From positions 1 to 38,642 of the forward strand of contig JAUCBJ010009071.1 in NCBI GenBank assembly GCA_032718475.1: a DNA stretch of 38,642 bases, given 5' to 3'. A program made the translations under genes and the position numbers. Source of the DNA: Nemertoderma westbladi. Taxonomy: Eukaryota > Animalia > Xenacoelomorpha. The notes beneath the pieces were generated by a model that saw only the letters and a list, made by a program, of their open reading frames with translations, had not been told where the DNA came from and ran no database searches. Shown here in pieces: positions 37,548 to 38,642 of the stretch (its first letter is position 1; every line of letters starts with the position of its first letter).

Positions 37548-38445
37548 TGCTTTGAAAGCTTCCACGGTTTTCCCCAGCAGTTCCACCTGGTTCTTCGCGC
37601 CGGCGATCTGCATTTGAACGTCGGAACTCACCCACTGCTTGGCATCCCACGCTATTTCCGAGTTCAAAAACTCATCCGGAGCCATTTTGAAGGTCTCCCT
37701 GAGTTTATCCTGAGTATCTGGACCGTTGAATGTGAGGAAGAACTTGAGTATCGGGTCGGGTGCAAAGGCGGGATGTACGGGCCACGAGATTGACGAATCG
37801 ACGGAGCCACTTCCGACGAATTTCGATAAATTCAGGCCGGGTGTCCAAGAACTTCTTGGGAGGAAGACGAGTGGACCTTACGATAGGGAAACTTCGAGAG
37901 CATAACTTCGTAAAATGCGAGAAAATCCGAGTATCTACGAGTTACTTTGACGCGGTACTTGGAGCTGGTTACATGGTACTCCACGTGTTTCAGTATAAGA
38001 CCTTTTGTTTCCGCGGCCATTTCCACTTGTATAGAGTCGAAGGCCACGACATCATCGTATTTGTTACCCGAGTATTCGAGGTTGTTTCCCTTCTCCAGAT
38101 CCCAACCCATTCTCTGATGGTGTCGAGATTTGCCGATTCGAAGTTGGGCACCGGCAGATCGCCGCTAAATGTCTCGAATATTTTATCGTCTATTGTGGTT
38201 CGGCCGAGCTGGGCAAAGGCGGTGAGGGCCAGCGACTTATAGAGGTTGGTTCGAGTCACAGCGGAATTCGGCGACTTGGAGGCGTTGTGTAGGATATCCT
38301 GGACTACGGGACCCGGAAGGCCCGATTTGGCAATGAGTTTCCCCACCAATGCGCGGTCTATTTCCGCGTGCCCATCCGCGGATAGAATGTTACAGAGTTC
38401 TCGATAGAAAGGAGGCACTACTCCGGCTGTGAATTCAACAGCCAT
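37525..38445 (-). CDS. SNX8: Sorting nexin 8 / Mvp1-family, coding exon 1 (EH-like N-terminus, PX domain, start of BAR); frameshifted in this assembly
   Basis: ATG at 38445: MAVEFTAGVVPPFYRE...KSGLP...TRTNLYKSLALTAFAQ. PX motifs follow in successive frames: KGLILKHVEYHVTS..VTRRYSDF..F..KFPYR, then RLPPKK..EFIEIRRKWLRRFVNLVAR, then HP..DPILKFFLTFNG..DEF. The exon ends ATG GTA ATG AG|GTGAGT (phase 2). A net +1 indel is needed to keep frame. Confidence 0.85.
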
Positions 38446-38546
38446 CAAGGCAGTAGTACCGGTACCTCAGTAAATAAGCCCCAATCAGGGAGACCTACCG
38501 CAGCTGCGCAGTACCGGTATTGCGGTAGGGGTAGGCATGGAATAAG

Positions 38547-38578
38547 TAATCAGTAATCAATAATCAATAATCAATAAT
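38547..38578. repeat. Short (TAATCAA)n tandem repeat upstream of the SNX8 ATG
   Basis: TAATCAG TAATCAA TAATCAA TAATCAA TAAT. Confidence 0.8.
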
Positions 38579-38642
38579 GTCATCAGCATCGACATGATCA
38601 ACAACTAACAGAAGATTCAGTGCTCAGCCAGGATTTCTCCAA

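Noticed and set aside
37626-37631. Internal GTGAGT as the true exon 1 donor
   Set aside because: It would be phase 0 and incompatible with the exon 2 acceptor, and SNX8-like sequence continues to 37525.
37770-38095. Tiny introns as the explanation for exon 1 frameshifts
   Set aside because: Homology continues directly across each shift, leaving no room for GT-AG introns.
37479-38242. Plus-strand ORFs of 104 and 160 aa
   Set aside because: Shadow ORFs opposite SNX8 exon 1 with no recognisable motifs.

Overview
Eukaryotic DNA, probably from an invertebrate animal. About 85% of the window is tandem repeat. The backbone is one minus-strand gene encoding a sorting nexin 8 / Mvp1-family protein (EH-like N-terminus, PX, BAR). 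I can rebuild four coding exons (38445-37525, 14195-13963, 13482-13325, 7873-7745) with GT-AG introns and matching phases; the last BAR exon was not found. Exon 1 carries a cluster of frameshifts. The most striking feature is that two introns are mostly filled by minisatellites made of tandem copies of their own exon/5'-splice-site junction: a 42-bp unit (~22.7 kb, roughly 540 copies, one N gap) in intron 1 and a 56-bp unit (~5.4 kb, roughly 96 copies) in intron 3. A third, 36-bp array (474-6930) is interrupted by a 5'-truncated RTE-type retrotransposon, and a Mutator-like foldback element with a 9-bp TSD sits in that retrotransposon's right TSD. Nearly all long ORFs in the track are translations of satellites. 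Family assignments come from remembered motifs, not database searches, and copy numbers are length/unit estimates.
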